Source of the DNA: an uncultured Candidatus Rokubacteria bacterium
GTDB lineage: Bacteria > Methylomirabilota > Methylomirabilia > Rokubacteriales > CSP1-6
Length of the DNA: 64,000 nt
Reading direction: 5' to 3'
Assembly: GCA_963771355.1 (NCBI GenBank)
Contig: CAVYTA010000007.1
Location: forward strand, 544,001 to 608,000
The notes under the pieces were generated by a model that saw only the letters and a program-made list of their open reading frames with translations, made no database searches and was not told where the DNA came from. This document shows, piece after piece, positions 9,615 to 19,320 of the stretch. Made by a program: the position numbers and the translations under genes. The first letter of the stretch is position 1, and every line of letters starts with the position of its first letter.

Positions 9615-10094
9615 TCACAGCCATGAACATCCATCACCGTCGGGCCCCGAAAATTGCTTACAGTACCAACAATGTTCACTGTTTCGGTTAGCTCTACAAT
9701 CTTTCTCCAGTTCACCCATTGCCTTTACAACACACTCAAGATCCTCCTCACACGCTATTAATTTCCTTAGATATTGCTCTCGAGTCAAAGCGACGACACC
9801 GCTAGGATCAACAGTGTTTAGATTAAATCCATCGACATACATATTGCCAAGCCGACCCTTGCTACTTACTGTATAGAATATTTTGAGATTTTTATTATTA
9901 GACGTGAGGGTTAATTTTCGAACCTTGTACGTTCCATCTGGTCTGCCTTTCAAACCTAGAGGGATCGTTACTTGAGGAGGCACTCTCCCGTTAAAAAACT
10001 CACGAGCTAAAACCTCGGATTCAGACAGGGACACTCTGTAAGTACAGCTAGTAAGCGAAAAGAGAAGTATCAATAAGCCGATTGTTTGTGTCAT
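9615..10094 (-). CDS. Orphan AT-rich predicted lipoprotein with Cys-rich C-terminus
   Basis: 159-codon ORF with GGGAGG RBS and lipobox LTS-C; much lower GC than flanks. Confidence 0.7.
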   Translation of the reverse strand: MTQTIGLLILLFSLTSCTYRVSLSESEVLAREFFNGRVPPQVTIPLGLKGRPDGTYKVRKLTLTSNNKNLKIFYTVSSKGRLGNMYVDGFNLNTVDPSGVVALTREQYLRKLIACEEDLECVVKAMGELEKDCRANRNSEHCWYCKQFSGPDGDGCSWL

Positions 10095-10208
10095 CTCGCC
10101 GATCCTCCCTTACCCGCCTCCGCCCGTCAACTCTTCTTGATGGGCAGCAACCGGAAGGCATATCACTGAGTTCCAGAAAGACTAAATCTTTCGATATAGA
10201 ATGTCGCG

Positions 10209-10973
10209 GTGGACCGGGTCCTGGACACCATGGTCGAGGCGGCGCGCGCGGGCGGCGCCATCGCCCGCGCGCGCTTCACGCGCGGCTTCGCCGTCTCGAT
10301 CAAGGGCGACGGGTCGCCGGTGACCGAGGCCGACCGCGAGGCGGAGGCCGCCATCGCCCGCGTGCTCGGCGCCGCGTTCCCTGGCCACGGCTGGCTGGGC
10401 GAGGAGACCGGCGGCCGCGGGCCGGACGATCGCCGCTTCATCGTGGACCCCATCGACGGCACCCGGAACTTCGTGGCCGGGATCCCCTTCTGGGCCACGC
10501 TCGTCGCCCTCGAGGAAGCCGGCGTGTCCACCGCCGGCGTCGTCTTCCAGCCCCTCACCGGGGACCTCCACGTGGCGCGGCGCGGAGGCGGCGCCTTTCT
10601 CAACGGTCGCCCCATCCGCGTCTCCACCCTGGACGCGCTCGCGCGCGGGACGCTGCTGCACGGCTCGCTCGACGTCATTCGACGCGCGGGGGTCTGGGAT
10701 GGGTTCGTTCGCCTCGTGGACAGCACGCCCATGCAGCGCGGCTTCGGCGATTTCCTCTCCTTCACCACGGTGGCGGAAGGGAAGGGCGAGGTGGCGCTCA
10801 CGCCCAGCGTCAAGCCCTGGGACCTCGCCGCGCTGCGCCTCCTCATCGAGGAGGCGGGCGGCGCCTTCTCCGACTTCGAGGGCAAGCCCACGATCTATTC
10901 CGGCACCGCCTTTGCCACCAACGGCGTGCTGCACGCCACCGCGCTGGCCCACTTTCGAGGAGATCGCCCATGA
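10209..10973 (+). CDS. Inositol monophosphatase family / histidinol-phosphatase-like
   Basis: SPVTEADREAE, GEE, VDPIDGT, WDLAA. Confidence 0.88.
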   Translation: MDRVLDTMVEAARAGGAIARARFTRGFAVSIKGDGSPVTEADREAEAAIARVLGAAFPGHGWLGEETGGRGPDDRRFIVDPIDGTRNFVAGIPFWATLVALEEAGVSTAGVVFQPLTGDLHVARRGGGAFLNGRPIRVSTLDALARGTLLHGSLDVIRRAGVWDGFVRLVDSTPMQRGFGDFLSFTTVAEGKGEVALTPSVKPWDLAALRLLIEEAGGAFSDFEGKPTIYSGTAFATNGVLHATALAHFRGDRP

Positions 10974-12031
10974 CGCGCATCGCCGAGCTCGACACTCCCG
11001 TCGTCACCATCCGCCTCGACGTGATGGAGGCCAATATCCGCCGTGTGCAGGCGCGACTGAGCGCACTCGGCGTGGGCAACCGCCCCCACATCAAGACCCA
11101 CAAGATCCCCGCCATCGGCAAGCAGCAGATGGCGGCGGGGGCGATGGGCATCACCTGCCAGAAGCTGGGAGAGGTGGAGGTGTTCGCCGACGCGGGCGTG
11201 GCGGACGACGTGCTCCTCTCCTACAACATCCTCGGCGCGGCCAAGGCCGAGCGGCTCATGGCGGCCAACCGCCGCATCAAGCGGCTCACCGTGTCGCTCG
11301 ACAACGAGGTGGTGGCGCGCGGGCTCTCCGAGGCGGCGGAGCGCGCCGGCCAGGACCTCCGCTTCGTGGTGGAGTGCGACACCGGCATGGGTCGCACCGG
11401 CGTGCAGACGCCGGTGCAGGCCTTCGAGCTCGCGCGGACGGCCATGCGGCTGCCGCGGCTGCAGTTCCAGGGCATCATGACCTTTCCCAGCAAGGATCCC
11501 GACACGGGCGTGTTCTTCGGGGCGGCCCTCGGGCTCTTCCGCGAGGCGGGCATCCCGGTGCCCATGGTGTCCGGCGGCGGTACGCCGGCGCTGGCCACGG
11601 TGGAGCGGTTCCCGATGCTCACCGAGCACCGCGCGGGCACCTGCGTGTTCAACGATGCCATGGTGGTGTCCACCGGCACCGCGGGCTGGGACGACTGCGC
11701 GATGCGCGTGCGCGCCACCGTGGTGAGCCGGCCCACTCCCGAGCGCGCGGTGCTGGACGCGGGCTCCAAGGTCCTCACCTCCGACCAGTACTTCATGAAG
11801 GGCTTCGGTCACGTGATGGAGTATCCGGAGGCGGCCGTCATTCATCTTTCCGAGGAGCACGCGGTGGTGGATCTCACCGCCTGTCCCGAGCGACCGAAGG
11901 TGGGGGACGTGGTGCAGGTGGTGCCGAACCATTGCTGCGTGGTCTCCAACATGGTGGACGAGCTGCACGGCGTGCGGGGCGAGACGGTGGAAGTGGTCTG
12001 GCCGGTCGCCGCGCGCGGCCGCGTGCGCTAG
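10970..12031 (+). CDS. D-threonine aldolase / DSD1-like fold-III PLP enzyme
   Basis: RPHIKTHK PLP lysine, SGGGTP, LSEEH, PNHCC metal motif. Confidence 0.88.
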   Translation: MTRIAELDTPVVTIRLDVMEANIRRVQARLSALGVGNRPHIKTHKIPAIGKQQMAAGAMGITCQKLGEVEVFADAGVADDVLLSYNILGAAKAERLMAANRRIKRLTVSLDNEVVARGLSEAAERAGQDLRFVVECDTGMGRTGVQTPVQAFELARTAMRLPRLQFQGIMTFPSKDPDTGVFFGAALGLFREAGIPVPMVSGGGTPALATVERFPMLTEHRAGTCVFNDAMVVSTGTAGWDDCAMRVRATVVSRPTPERAVLDAGSKVLTSDQYFMKGFGHVMEYPEAAVIHLSEEHAVVDLTACPERPKVGDVVQVVPNHCCVVSNMVDELHGVRGETVEVVWPVAARGRVR

Positions 12032-12039
12032 GCGGCCGC

Positions 12040-13662
12040 ATGCCGCGCACCGGCGCGATGCTGCTCGTGGATGCGCTGGTGGAGGCGGGCGTGGGCCCGC
12101 TCTTCTCCCTGTCCGGCAACCAGATCCTCTCCGTCTACGACGCGACCATCGGCCGGCCCCTGCCCATCGTCCACACGCGCCACGAGGCGGGCGCCGTCCA
12201 CATGGCCGATGCCTGGGGACGGCTCACGGAGACGCCCGGCGTGGCGCTGGTGACGGCCGGCCCGGGGCACCTCAACGCCGTGTCCGCGCTCTATGGCGCG
12301 CTCATGTCGGAGTCGCCCATGGTCTTGCTTTCGGGGCATGCGCCGCGCGGGCAAGCGGGGCGCGGCGCGTTTCAGGAGATGGATCAGGTGGGCGCGGCGC
12401 GCCCGGTGACCAAGGCGGCCTGGCGCGTGGAGGACGCCGCGCACATGGGCGTGGAGGTGACGCGCGCGCTGGCGATCGCCGCCGCCGGCCGGCCGGGCCC
12501 CGTGCATCTGAGCCTGCCCGGCGATCTCCTCGAGGCGACCGTCGCCGACGGCCCGGTCTCGGCCCCCTCCATCGGCGCGGTGGCTGCGTCCGCCGTCGCC
12601 GACGCCACCCTCGCCCAGATCCTCGGTCTCCTCGCGGGCGCGCGGCGCCCGCTCATCGTGCTCGGCCCCGCCATGGCGCGTCCGGCCCGGGCCGCCGCGG
12701 TGGCCGCGCTCACGCGCGCGACGGGCATCCCCGCTCTGCCGGTGGAGAGCCCGCGGGGGCTCAACGATCCCTGGCTTCACTCGGCGGCGAACACGTTCGC
12801 CGAGGCGGACGTCGTGCTCCTGCTCGGCAAGCGGCTCGACTACGGTATCCGGTTCGGCGACGCGGGCGTCTTCGCGGCCGACCGGCGCATCATCCAGGTG
12901 GACTGGGAGTCGTCCGCGCTCGCGAGCGACGCCCGCGTGGCCCTGTCCGTCGTGGAAGATCCGGCGCACATGGCGGAGCGTCTGGCCGCTGCCGCCGCGT
13001 CGCGCCAGTGGAAGCATGCGGCCTGGGGCGACGAGGTGCGCGCCGCGCGCGCCGCGGTTCCCACGAGCTGGATGGCGCTCCGCGACGCCACCGCGCGTCC
13101 GATTCACCCGCTGCGGGTCTGCGCGGCGCTCCAGCCCTATCTCGACCGCGGCGCCATCCTGGTGGCCGACGGCGGCGAGTTCGGGCAATGGGTGCAGGCG
13201 GGCTGCGAGGCGGGCACGCGCCTCATCAATGGGCCGTCCGGCTCCATCGGCAGCGCCCTTCCCATGGCGCTGGGCGCCCGGGCCGCGCATCCCGATCGCG
13301 TCGTCATCGCCGCGCTGGGTGACGGCACCTTCGGCTTTCACGCCTTCGAGCTCGACACCGCCGCGCGGCACGGCCTGCCTGTGATCGCGGTGGTAGGGAA
13401 CGACGCGCGCTGGAACGCCGAGCATCAGCTGCAGCTCCAGCACTACGGCGCCGAGCGCACGGTGGGCTGCGAGCTCTTGCCGACTCGCTACGACCAGGTG
13501 GCGACGGCCTTGGGCGCGCATGGCGAGCACGTGGAGTATCCAGGAGACCTCGACGCCGCCCTGGCGCGCTCGGTGGCGTCCGGCCGGCCGGCCGTGATCA
13601 ACGTGGCGATCGATGGCGTGCCCGCGCCGACGTACCGCAAGTCGTCCGCTGGCGTCCACTAG
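12040..13662 (+). CDS. Thiamine diphosphate-dependent enzyme (acetolactate synthase / acyl-CoA lyase-like)
   Basis: RHEAGAVHMADAW, TAGPG, GDG...GND ThDP motif. Confidence 0.88.
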   Translation: MPRTGAMLLVDALVEAGVGPLFSLSGNQILSVYDATIGRPLPIVHTRHEAGAVHMADAWGRLTETPGVALVTAGPGHLNAVSALYGALMSESPMVLLSGHAPRGQAGRGAFQEMDQVGAARPVTKAAWRVEDAAHMGVEVTRALAIAAAGRPGPVHLSLPGDLLEATVADGPVSAPSIGAVAASAVADATLAQILGLLAGARRPLIVLGPAMARPARAAAVAALTRATGIPALPVESPRGLNDPWLHSAANTFAEADVVLLLGKRLDYGIRFGDAGVFAADRRIIQVDWESSALASDARVALSVVEDPAHMAERLAAAAASRQWKHAAWGDEVRAARAAVPTSWMALRDATARPIHPLRVCAALQPYLDRGAILVADGGEFGQWVQAGCEAGTRLINGPSGSIGSALPMALGARAAHPDRVVIAALGDGTFGFHAFELDTAARHGLPVIAVVGNDARWNAEHQLQLQHYGAERTVGCELLPTRYDQVATALGAHGEHVEYPGDLDAALARSVASGRPAVINVAIDGVPAPTYRKSSAGVH

Positions 13663-13665
13663 AAT

Positions 13666-13824
13666 CGGCGAGCGCGGCCGGGGCGGCCCCCGGGTTTCCG
13701 AGACCCATTTCCCGAAGACGGCCATCGGACGCGACCCGCCCGGATGGAGCCCAGCCGCGGAGGGTAGCGCGCACGCGTGCCTTGTGGTCGCGGAACCCGG
13801 GGGCCGCCCCGGCCGCACTCGCCG
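13666..13824. repeat. Long near-perfect inverted repeat (~40-bp arms, ~80-nt spacer), MITE/REP-like or structured RNA
   Basis: 13666-13705 cggcgagcgcggccggggcggcccccgggtttccgagacc matches the reverse complement of 13786-13824 with 2 mismatches and 1 bulge. Confidence 0.85.
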
Positions 13825-13859
13825 CCGCGAGTCCGACAGCGAGCGAGCGGGGGAATGGA

Positions 13860-13890
13860 GCTAGCGCGCGAGCTTCGCGGGCGCGCTAGC
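13860..13890 (-). terminator. Hairpin at end of DAO-family gene
   Basis: gctagcgcgc...gcgcgctagc 10-bp stem overlapping the stop; no U-tract. Confidence 0.35.
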
Positions 13891-15073
13891 GGGAGACGGT
13901 CAGGCGTTCGCGGCCGTAGTTGTCGGGGTCCACCCAGGGCTTGCCCTCGGCGAAGCGCGTGGAGCGGAAGGGCGTGAGATCCATCAGCGCGGGCTTGCCC
14001 TGGACGACCCACTCGGCGAGACAGCGGCCGATGGCGGGGGAGGTCTTGAAGGAGGTGCCGGAATCGCCCAGCATGACCCAGAGACCCGGGACCGAGGGGA
14101 TCTGGTCGATGATGGGGCGCCCGTCGGCGGACATCATGATCATTCCCGCCCAGCCGCCGCGCATGGGCGCGTCCGCGAAGGCCGGCAGGCGCGCCGAGAG
14201 CTTCTCGCGGCACAGCGCCACGTAGTCGGGGTCCACGCCCTCCGCGAACTTTTCCGGGTCGCCGTGCGAGGCGCCCAGCTCCACGCCGATCAGGGTCGAC
14301 GCCGCGCCTTCCGGCCGTATCCAGGCCTCGTGCGTGTCATCGCTGATCACGCAGTGCCGCCGCGTCATGCCGGCGGGCCAGCGGAAGATCGACACCTGGA
14401 TGCGGAAGGGCGAGAGCGGGTAGGCGAGACCGAGCGGCTCGAGCAGCGGCGCCGCCCAGGCACCCGGCACCAGCACCACCGCCGGCGTCTCGATGCGTCC
14501 GGCGGCCGTCTCCACCGCGACCACCTTCCCGCGCTCGGTCACGATGCGCGTCGCCTCACAGTGCGTGATGATCTCGGCTCCCTGCCGCCGAGCGGCTTCC
14601 GCGAGGGAATACGTGGTCGCGTTGGGATCGGCATAGCCGGAATCCGCCTCGTAGGCGGCGGCGCCCACGTCTTCGAGCACGCTGCCGGGGAGGATCTCGC
14701 GCACTTCCTCGGGCGTGACCACGCGGGTATTGATCCCGATCTTCTGCTGCACGGCGACGTTGCGCGCCAGCCGCTCGGCATGGCCGCGGGCCACCAGCTT
14801 GAGATAGCCGATGCGCTCGAAGCCGCAGTCGCCACCCACCCGGTTCTGCCAGTCGTGGAAGACCTTGAGGCTCTCGTGAGCCAGCCGGGACTCGTGCTCG
14901 TTGGTGTAGTGCATGCGCACCAGGGAGCCGGACTTGCCGGAGGCCCCGGCGGCCAGGTGTCGCCGCTCCACCAGCACCACGCGCTTCACCCCGAGCCCGG
15001 CCAGGTGAAAGGCCGTGCTCGCTCCGTTCACGCCTCCGCCGATCACCACGACGTCCGCGGTCTTATTGGTCAT
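13886..15073 (-). CDS. FAD-dependent oxidoreductase, DAO / sarcosine oxidase beta family
   Basis: VVIGGGVNG Rossmann motif, GASGKS, DGRPII, GTSFKTSPAIG. Confidence 0.9.
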   Translation of the reverse strand: MTNKTADVVVIGGGVNGASTAFHLAGLGVKRVVLVERRHLAAGASGKSGSLVRMHYTNEHESRLAHESLKVFHDWQNRVGGDCGFERIGYLKLVARGHAERLARNVAVQQKIGINTRVVTPEEVREILPGSVLEDVGAAAYEADSGYADPNATTYSLAEAARRQGAEIITHCEATRIVTERGKVVAVETAAGRIETPAVVLVPGAWAAPLLEPLGLAYPLSPFRIQVSIFRWPAGMTRRHCVISDDTHEAWIRPEGAASTLIGVELGASHGDPEKFAEGVDPDYVALCREKLSARLPAFADAPMRGGWAGMIMMSADGRPIIDQIPSVPGLWVMLGDSGTSFKTSPAIGRCLAEWVVQGKPALMDLTPFRSTRFAEGKPWVDPDNYGRERLTVSR

Positions 15074-15109
15074 GGGATCTAGTCCTCTTTTCGCCGGATT
15101 CTCGCATGC

Positions 15110-15138
15110 TTGACAGGGAGAGGGGAAGGCCCTATAAA
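15110..15138 (+). promoter_or_regulatory. Sigma-70-type promoter of peptide ABC operon
   Basis: TTGACA-N17-TATAAA. Confidence 0.75.
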
Positions 15139-15247
15139 AGAACCCCACTCGAACCCTTCGGTCCCGACGATGGTTTGTCTGAGGGGGCCACGCAGAGTCG
15201 CGAGCCCGACACGAGCACAATCCCACATTCGGTAAGGAGGAACGCTT

Positions 15248-16794
15248 ATGAAAGTTACCCGCAGAGAGATTCTCAAGGGCGCGGCCATCGCCGGCGCCGC
15301 CGCAGCCCTGCCGGGCGGACTCACCGGTCCCGCCGCCGCCCAGACCACCCAGAAGCGCGAGCTGGTGGTGGCCCAGGGAGGCGACATCGCCTTCCTCGAC
15401 CCCCACATGAGCACGTCGTCCAACGACATCCGGATCTCGTTCAACATCTTCGACAATCTCACGAGCCGCCGGCCCGACGGCAAGCTCAGCCCGGGCCTCG
15501 CCACCGAGTGGAAGCTCCAGGGTCAGCAGGCCTGGGTGTTCAAGCTTCGCCAGGGCGTGAAGTGGCATAACGGCGACCCGTTCAGCTCGGCCGACGTCAA
15601 GTTCAGCATCGAGCGGACGTACGATCCCGCGGCGAAGATGCGGGTGAATACGATCCTCACCACCATCGAGCGGATCGAGGCGCCCGGATGCAACGACGCG
15701 TCGTCATCCACACCAAGAAGCCGGATCCGCTCCTGCCCGCGCGGCTGGGCTTCTACGCGGGCCAGATCGTGCCGAAGAAGTATCTCGAATCGGTGGGCCC
15801 CGAGACGTTCAACCAGAAGCCGGTGGGCACGGGTCCCGTGCGCTTCGTGTCGTGGACCAAGGACGACCGGATCGTGCTCGACGCCAATGCCGACTACTGG
15901 GGCGGCAAGCCGGACTTCGACCGTCTCGTCGTCCGGGCCTTGCCGGAGATGGCGCCCCGCGTGGGCGCGCTCCTGAAGGGTGAGGTCGATATCGCCACCC
16001 AGCTCCCGCCCGACCAGGGCGAGCGGGTCAAGGGGAATGCGAGCACGGTGGTGGCAGGCGCCCTCTACGGCGGCCTCTACGTCCTTGCCGTGAACAGCAA
16101 GGTCAAGCCGCTCGACAACCCGCTGGTCAAGCAGGCGCTGTCCCTGGCCATCGACCGCGAGTTGATCATCAAGGAGCTGTGGAGGGGCCGCGGCGTCGTC
16201 CCGAGCGGGCCCATCGCCAAGGGCGACAACCACTTCGACGCCTCGCAGCCGGCGCTCGCCTACGACCCCAAGGAGGCGAAGGAGCGGCTGAAGAAGGCCG
16301 GGTACAAGGGCGAGGAGATCATCATCACGACCACCTCCGGCTACATGGCCGGCGACAAGCCCATGGCCGAGGCGGTGCAGGCCATGTGGAAGGACGTCGG
16401 GATCAACGGCAAGGTCGAGGTCGTCGAGTACTCGGTGCGGGCTCAGATGAACAAGGACAAGACGTTCAAGGGGCTCTGGTGGTCCGATCCCACCTCCACC
16501 CTCCGCGATCCCGACGGCATGATGTGGCGGCTGCTCGGTCCCGGCGGGCCGCAGGACTACTGGCGCCACGCGGAGTGGGACGAGCTCGGCAATACGGCCC
16601 GCTTCTCGGTGGACGAGAAGTTCCGCGGGGAGGCCTACAAGAAGATGACCAAGATCTTCCTCGAGCACTTCCCCTGGCTCCCGATACTCCAGCCTTACGA
16701 GGACTACGGGCTCCAGAAGCACGTGGAGTGGACGCCCGACCCGCTGCAGCAGCTCGAGATCCGGCGCTTCAACTTCAAGTTCCGCCGGGCCTGA
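15248..16794 (+). CDS. Family-5 ABC substrate-binding protein (Tat), frame break at ~15685-15700
   Basis: TRREILK Tat signal, AAGGAGG RBS; N-part in ORF 15248, C-part in ORF 15688; removing two bases restores IEAPDATTVVIH. Confidence 0.88.
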
Positions 16795-16807
16795 TCCCCG
16801 CCTCTCA

Positions 16808-16850
16808 CTTCTCCTCTCCCCGGTCTCGGGGGGAGGGGAGGGTGAGGGGG
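16808..16850. repeat. REP-like intergenic hairpin element
   Basis: ctcctctccccggtctcggggggaggggagggtgagggg; resembles the CCCTCACCC..CCCTCTCCC..GGGAGAGGG class of palindromic repeats. Confidence 0.55.
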
Positions 16851-16856
16851 TTGCGC

Positions 16857-17785
16857 ATGCGGAGCTTCCTTCTCTTCCTGGCCACCCGCGCCGGCCGTGC
16901 TCTCGTCGCGCTCTGGCTGGTCTCGACGGTCGTCTTCGTGGTCATGCGGCTGTCGGGCGATCCCACCCCGCTCCTCCTGCCGCCCGACGCGCCGCAGAGC
17001 GAGATATTCCGGCTGCGCACGGAGCTGGGCCTGGACCGGTCGCTGCCCGTGCAGTACGCGGTGTTCCTCGGGAATCTCGTCCGGGGTGACTTCGGCCAGT
17101 CCATCCGGTTCAAGACGCCGGCGATCGCCGTGGTGACCGAGCGTCTGCCCGCCACCGCTCGAGCTCGGCTTGACGTCCTTCGGGCTCGCCATCCTCATCG
17201 CCATTCCGATCGGGCTTCTCTCCGCCGTGTATCGCAACACCCTGCTCGATCACGCGGCGATGGGCCTTGCCCTGGTGGGGCAGTCCGCGCCGACCTTCTT
17301 CCTCGGCATCCTGTTCATCCTGCTGATCTCCGTGAACGCGGGCCTCGTTGCCCACGTCCGGACGGGGCGACTGGCGACACCTCGTGTTGCCGGCGGTGAC
17401 CCTGGGTCTCTTCGGGATGGCCTCCGTCGCCCGGATCACGCGCTCGTCGATGCTCGAGGTCCTGCGCGCCGACTACATCCGGACCGCGCGGGCCAAAGGA
17501 CTGGCCGAGACTCTCGTCATCGCCAAGCACACGCTCAAGAACGCGGCCATCCCCATCGTCACCATCACCGGGCTCCAGTTCGGCAGTCTCCTCGCCGGCG
17601 CCGTGGTGACGGAGACGGTGTTCGCGTGGCCGGGCATCGGCCGGCTCGCCATCCAGTCCATCTACAATCGCGACTACCCCGTGGTGCAGTGCGTGGTGCT
17701 GCTCTCCGCCGCGCTCTTCGTGGTGGTCAACCTCGCCATCGACGCGCTCTATGGCCTCCTCGATCCCCGCATTCGCGTCCGCTGA
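16857..17785 (+). CDS. Peptide ABC permease (DppB-like), frame breaks at ~17156 and ~17347
   Basis: LGLDRSLPVQY, RGDFGQS, RSSMLEVLRADYIRTARAKGL, ETVFAWPGIG, RDYPVVQ across three frames. Confidence 0.88.
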
Positions 17786-18660
17786 GGCGGCCGTCGGCAC
17801 GCGCGACCGCGGCGGCCGGCCGGCGGGCGCGGCGCGCGCGCCGGCTCACCGCCGCCGGGATCGCCTTCGTGCTGGTCCTCGGCGTGGTGGCGGTGGCGGC
17901 GCCATGGCTGGCGCCCCAGGACCCCACCCGCCAGTCGCTGCGCGCGCGGCTGGTCCGGCCCACCCTGGAGGCGGCGGACGGGCGCGCGCACGTGCTGGGG
18001 ACCGACCACCTGGGTCGCGACGTGCTCTCGCGGATGATCTTCGGCTCCCGCGTGTCGCTCCTGGTGGGCTTCGCCGCCGTGCTCGTGGGCGGCCTCGTCG
18101 GCTCGGTGCTCGGGCTCCTCGCCGGCTTCCGCGGCGGCTGGACGGACACCGTGATCATGACCGTCGCCGACGCCCAGCTCGCCTTCCCCTTCATCCTCCT
18201 CGCCATCGGCATCATCGCGGTGCTGGGCCCCAGCTTCGGCACGCTCATCGTGGTGATCGGGCTCTCGGGCTGGGTGTCCTACGCGCGCATCCTCCGCTCG
18301 CAGGTGCTGGGCCTGCGCTCGCGCGAGTTCGTCGAGGCCGTCCACGCGCTCGGCGGCTCCGTCCTCCGCATCATGTGGAAGCACGTGCTCCCCAACGTGC
18401 TCTCGTCGCTGGTCGTCATCGCCACCCTCGAGCTGGCCCGCGCCATCGTGCTCGAGGCCACGCTGTCCTTCCTGGGCCTGGGCATCCAGCCGCCCACGCC
18501 GTCCTGGGGCGGCATGGTGCAGGAAGGGCGCGAGTATCTCGACTCCGCCTGGTGGATCTCGACGTTCCCGGGCCTCCTCCTCATGGCGACGTCCATCGTG
18601 GTGAGCCGCACCGGCGACTGGCTGCGCGATCTCCTCGATCCCACCCTCCGGGGCGAGTGA
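17751..18660 (+). CDS. Peptide ABC permease (DppC-like), probable frame break at ~17820
   Basis: LGTDHLGRDVLSR, HVLPN, LSFLGLGIQPPTPSWG; nearest ATG (17751) is in an adjacent frame. Confidence 0.85.
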
Positions 18661-18672
18661 GCGCCCCCAGCC

Positions 18673-19320
18673 ATGGCGTGGTCGCTGCGGCTGGTCGAGC
18701 ATCGCCTGGAAGTCGGCGCGCTGCGCTCCTTCCCGGACGGGCCGCGCGTGATCTTCGTGCGCGCGGGGACCATCCGGCTCGTCACGCCCGGGAGCGGCGC
18801 CGGGGGACCGCCGGTCGGGCAGGAGGCGGCGATGTTCGCCGCCGGGGCCTGCGGCGTGCAGTCCTGTCGCGCCGCGCTCAGCTTCCTCGTCTTCGAGCTG
18901 GTCCGCCAGCCGCCGCCGCCGGCGGGCGGCCGCACGCTGCTCGAGCATCCCATCGCGCTCGACCCCAAGGCCGCCTGGCTCATGCGCTGCGACCGCGTGG
19001 ACTTCGAGCCGGGCGGCGTGGCCCCGCGCCACCGGCACCGCGGCGGCGGCATTCGCTGCCTGCTGCGCGGGTCGCTCACGGTGACGGTGGGGGATGCCCC
19101 CGGGCAGCTCATGCGGCCGGGCGACTGCTGGTTCGAGAGCGGGCGTGAGCCGGTGCTGGCCCAGGCCTCCACCGCGGAAGAGACGTCCTTCGTCCGGTGC
19201 GCCCTCCTGCCTGCGGAGATCCGCGGCCAGACCTCCATTCGCTACGTGGACCCGGCGGACGCCACGCGCGGCCGGCCGCGGACGTATACTGTCTTCGTCG
19301 ACGAGCCCATCACGCCATGA
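18673..19320 (+). CDS. Cupin-domain protein
   Basis: PRHRHRGGGIRCLLRG, PGDCWFE. Confidence 0.7.
   Translation: MAWSLRLVEHRLEVGALRSFPDGPRVIFVRAGTIRLVTPGSGAGGPPVGQEAAMFAAGACGVQSCRAALSFLVFELVRQPPPPAGGRTLLEHPIALDPKAAWLMRCDRVDFEPGGVAPRHRHRGGGIRCLLRGSLTVTVGDAPGQLMRPGDCWFESGREPVLAQASTAEETSFVRCALLPAEIRGQTSIRYVDPADATRGRPRTYTVFVDEPITP

Noticed and set aside
15140..15247. Riboswitch in the ~100-nt leader of the SBP gene
   Set aside because: Only small hairpins and no aptamer consensus I recognise; an Rfam scan would be decisive
15248..18660. Pseudogenised ABC operon or programmed frameshifting
   Set aside because: No slippery heptamers or nonsense decay; the same error pattern occurs across the window
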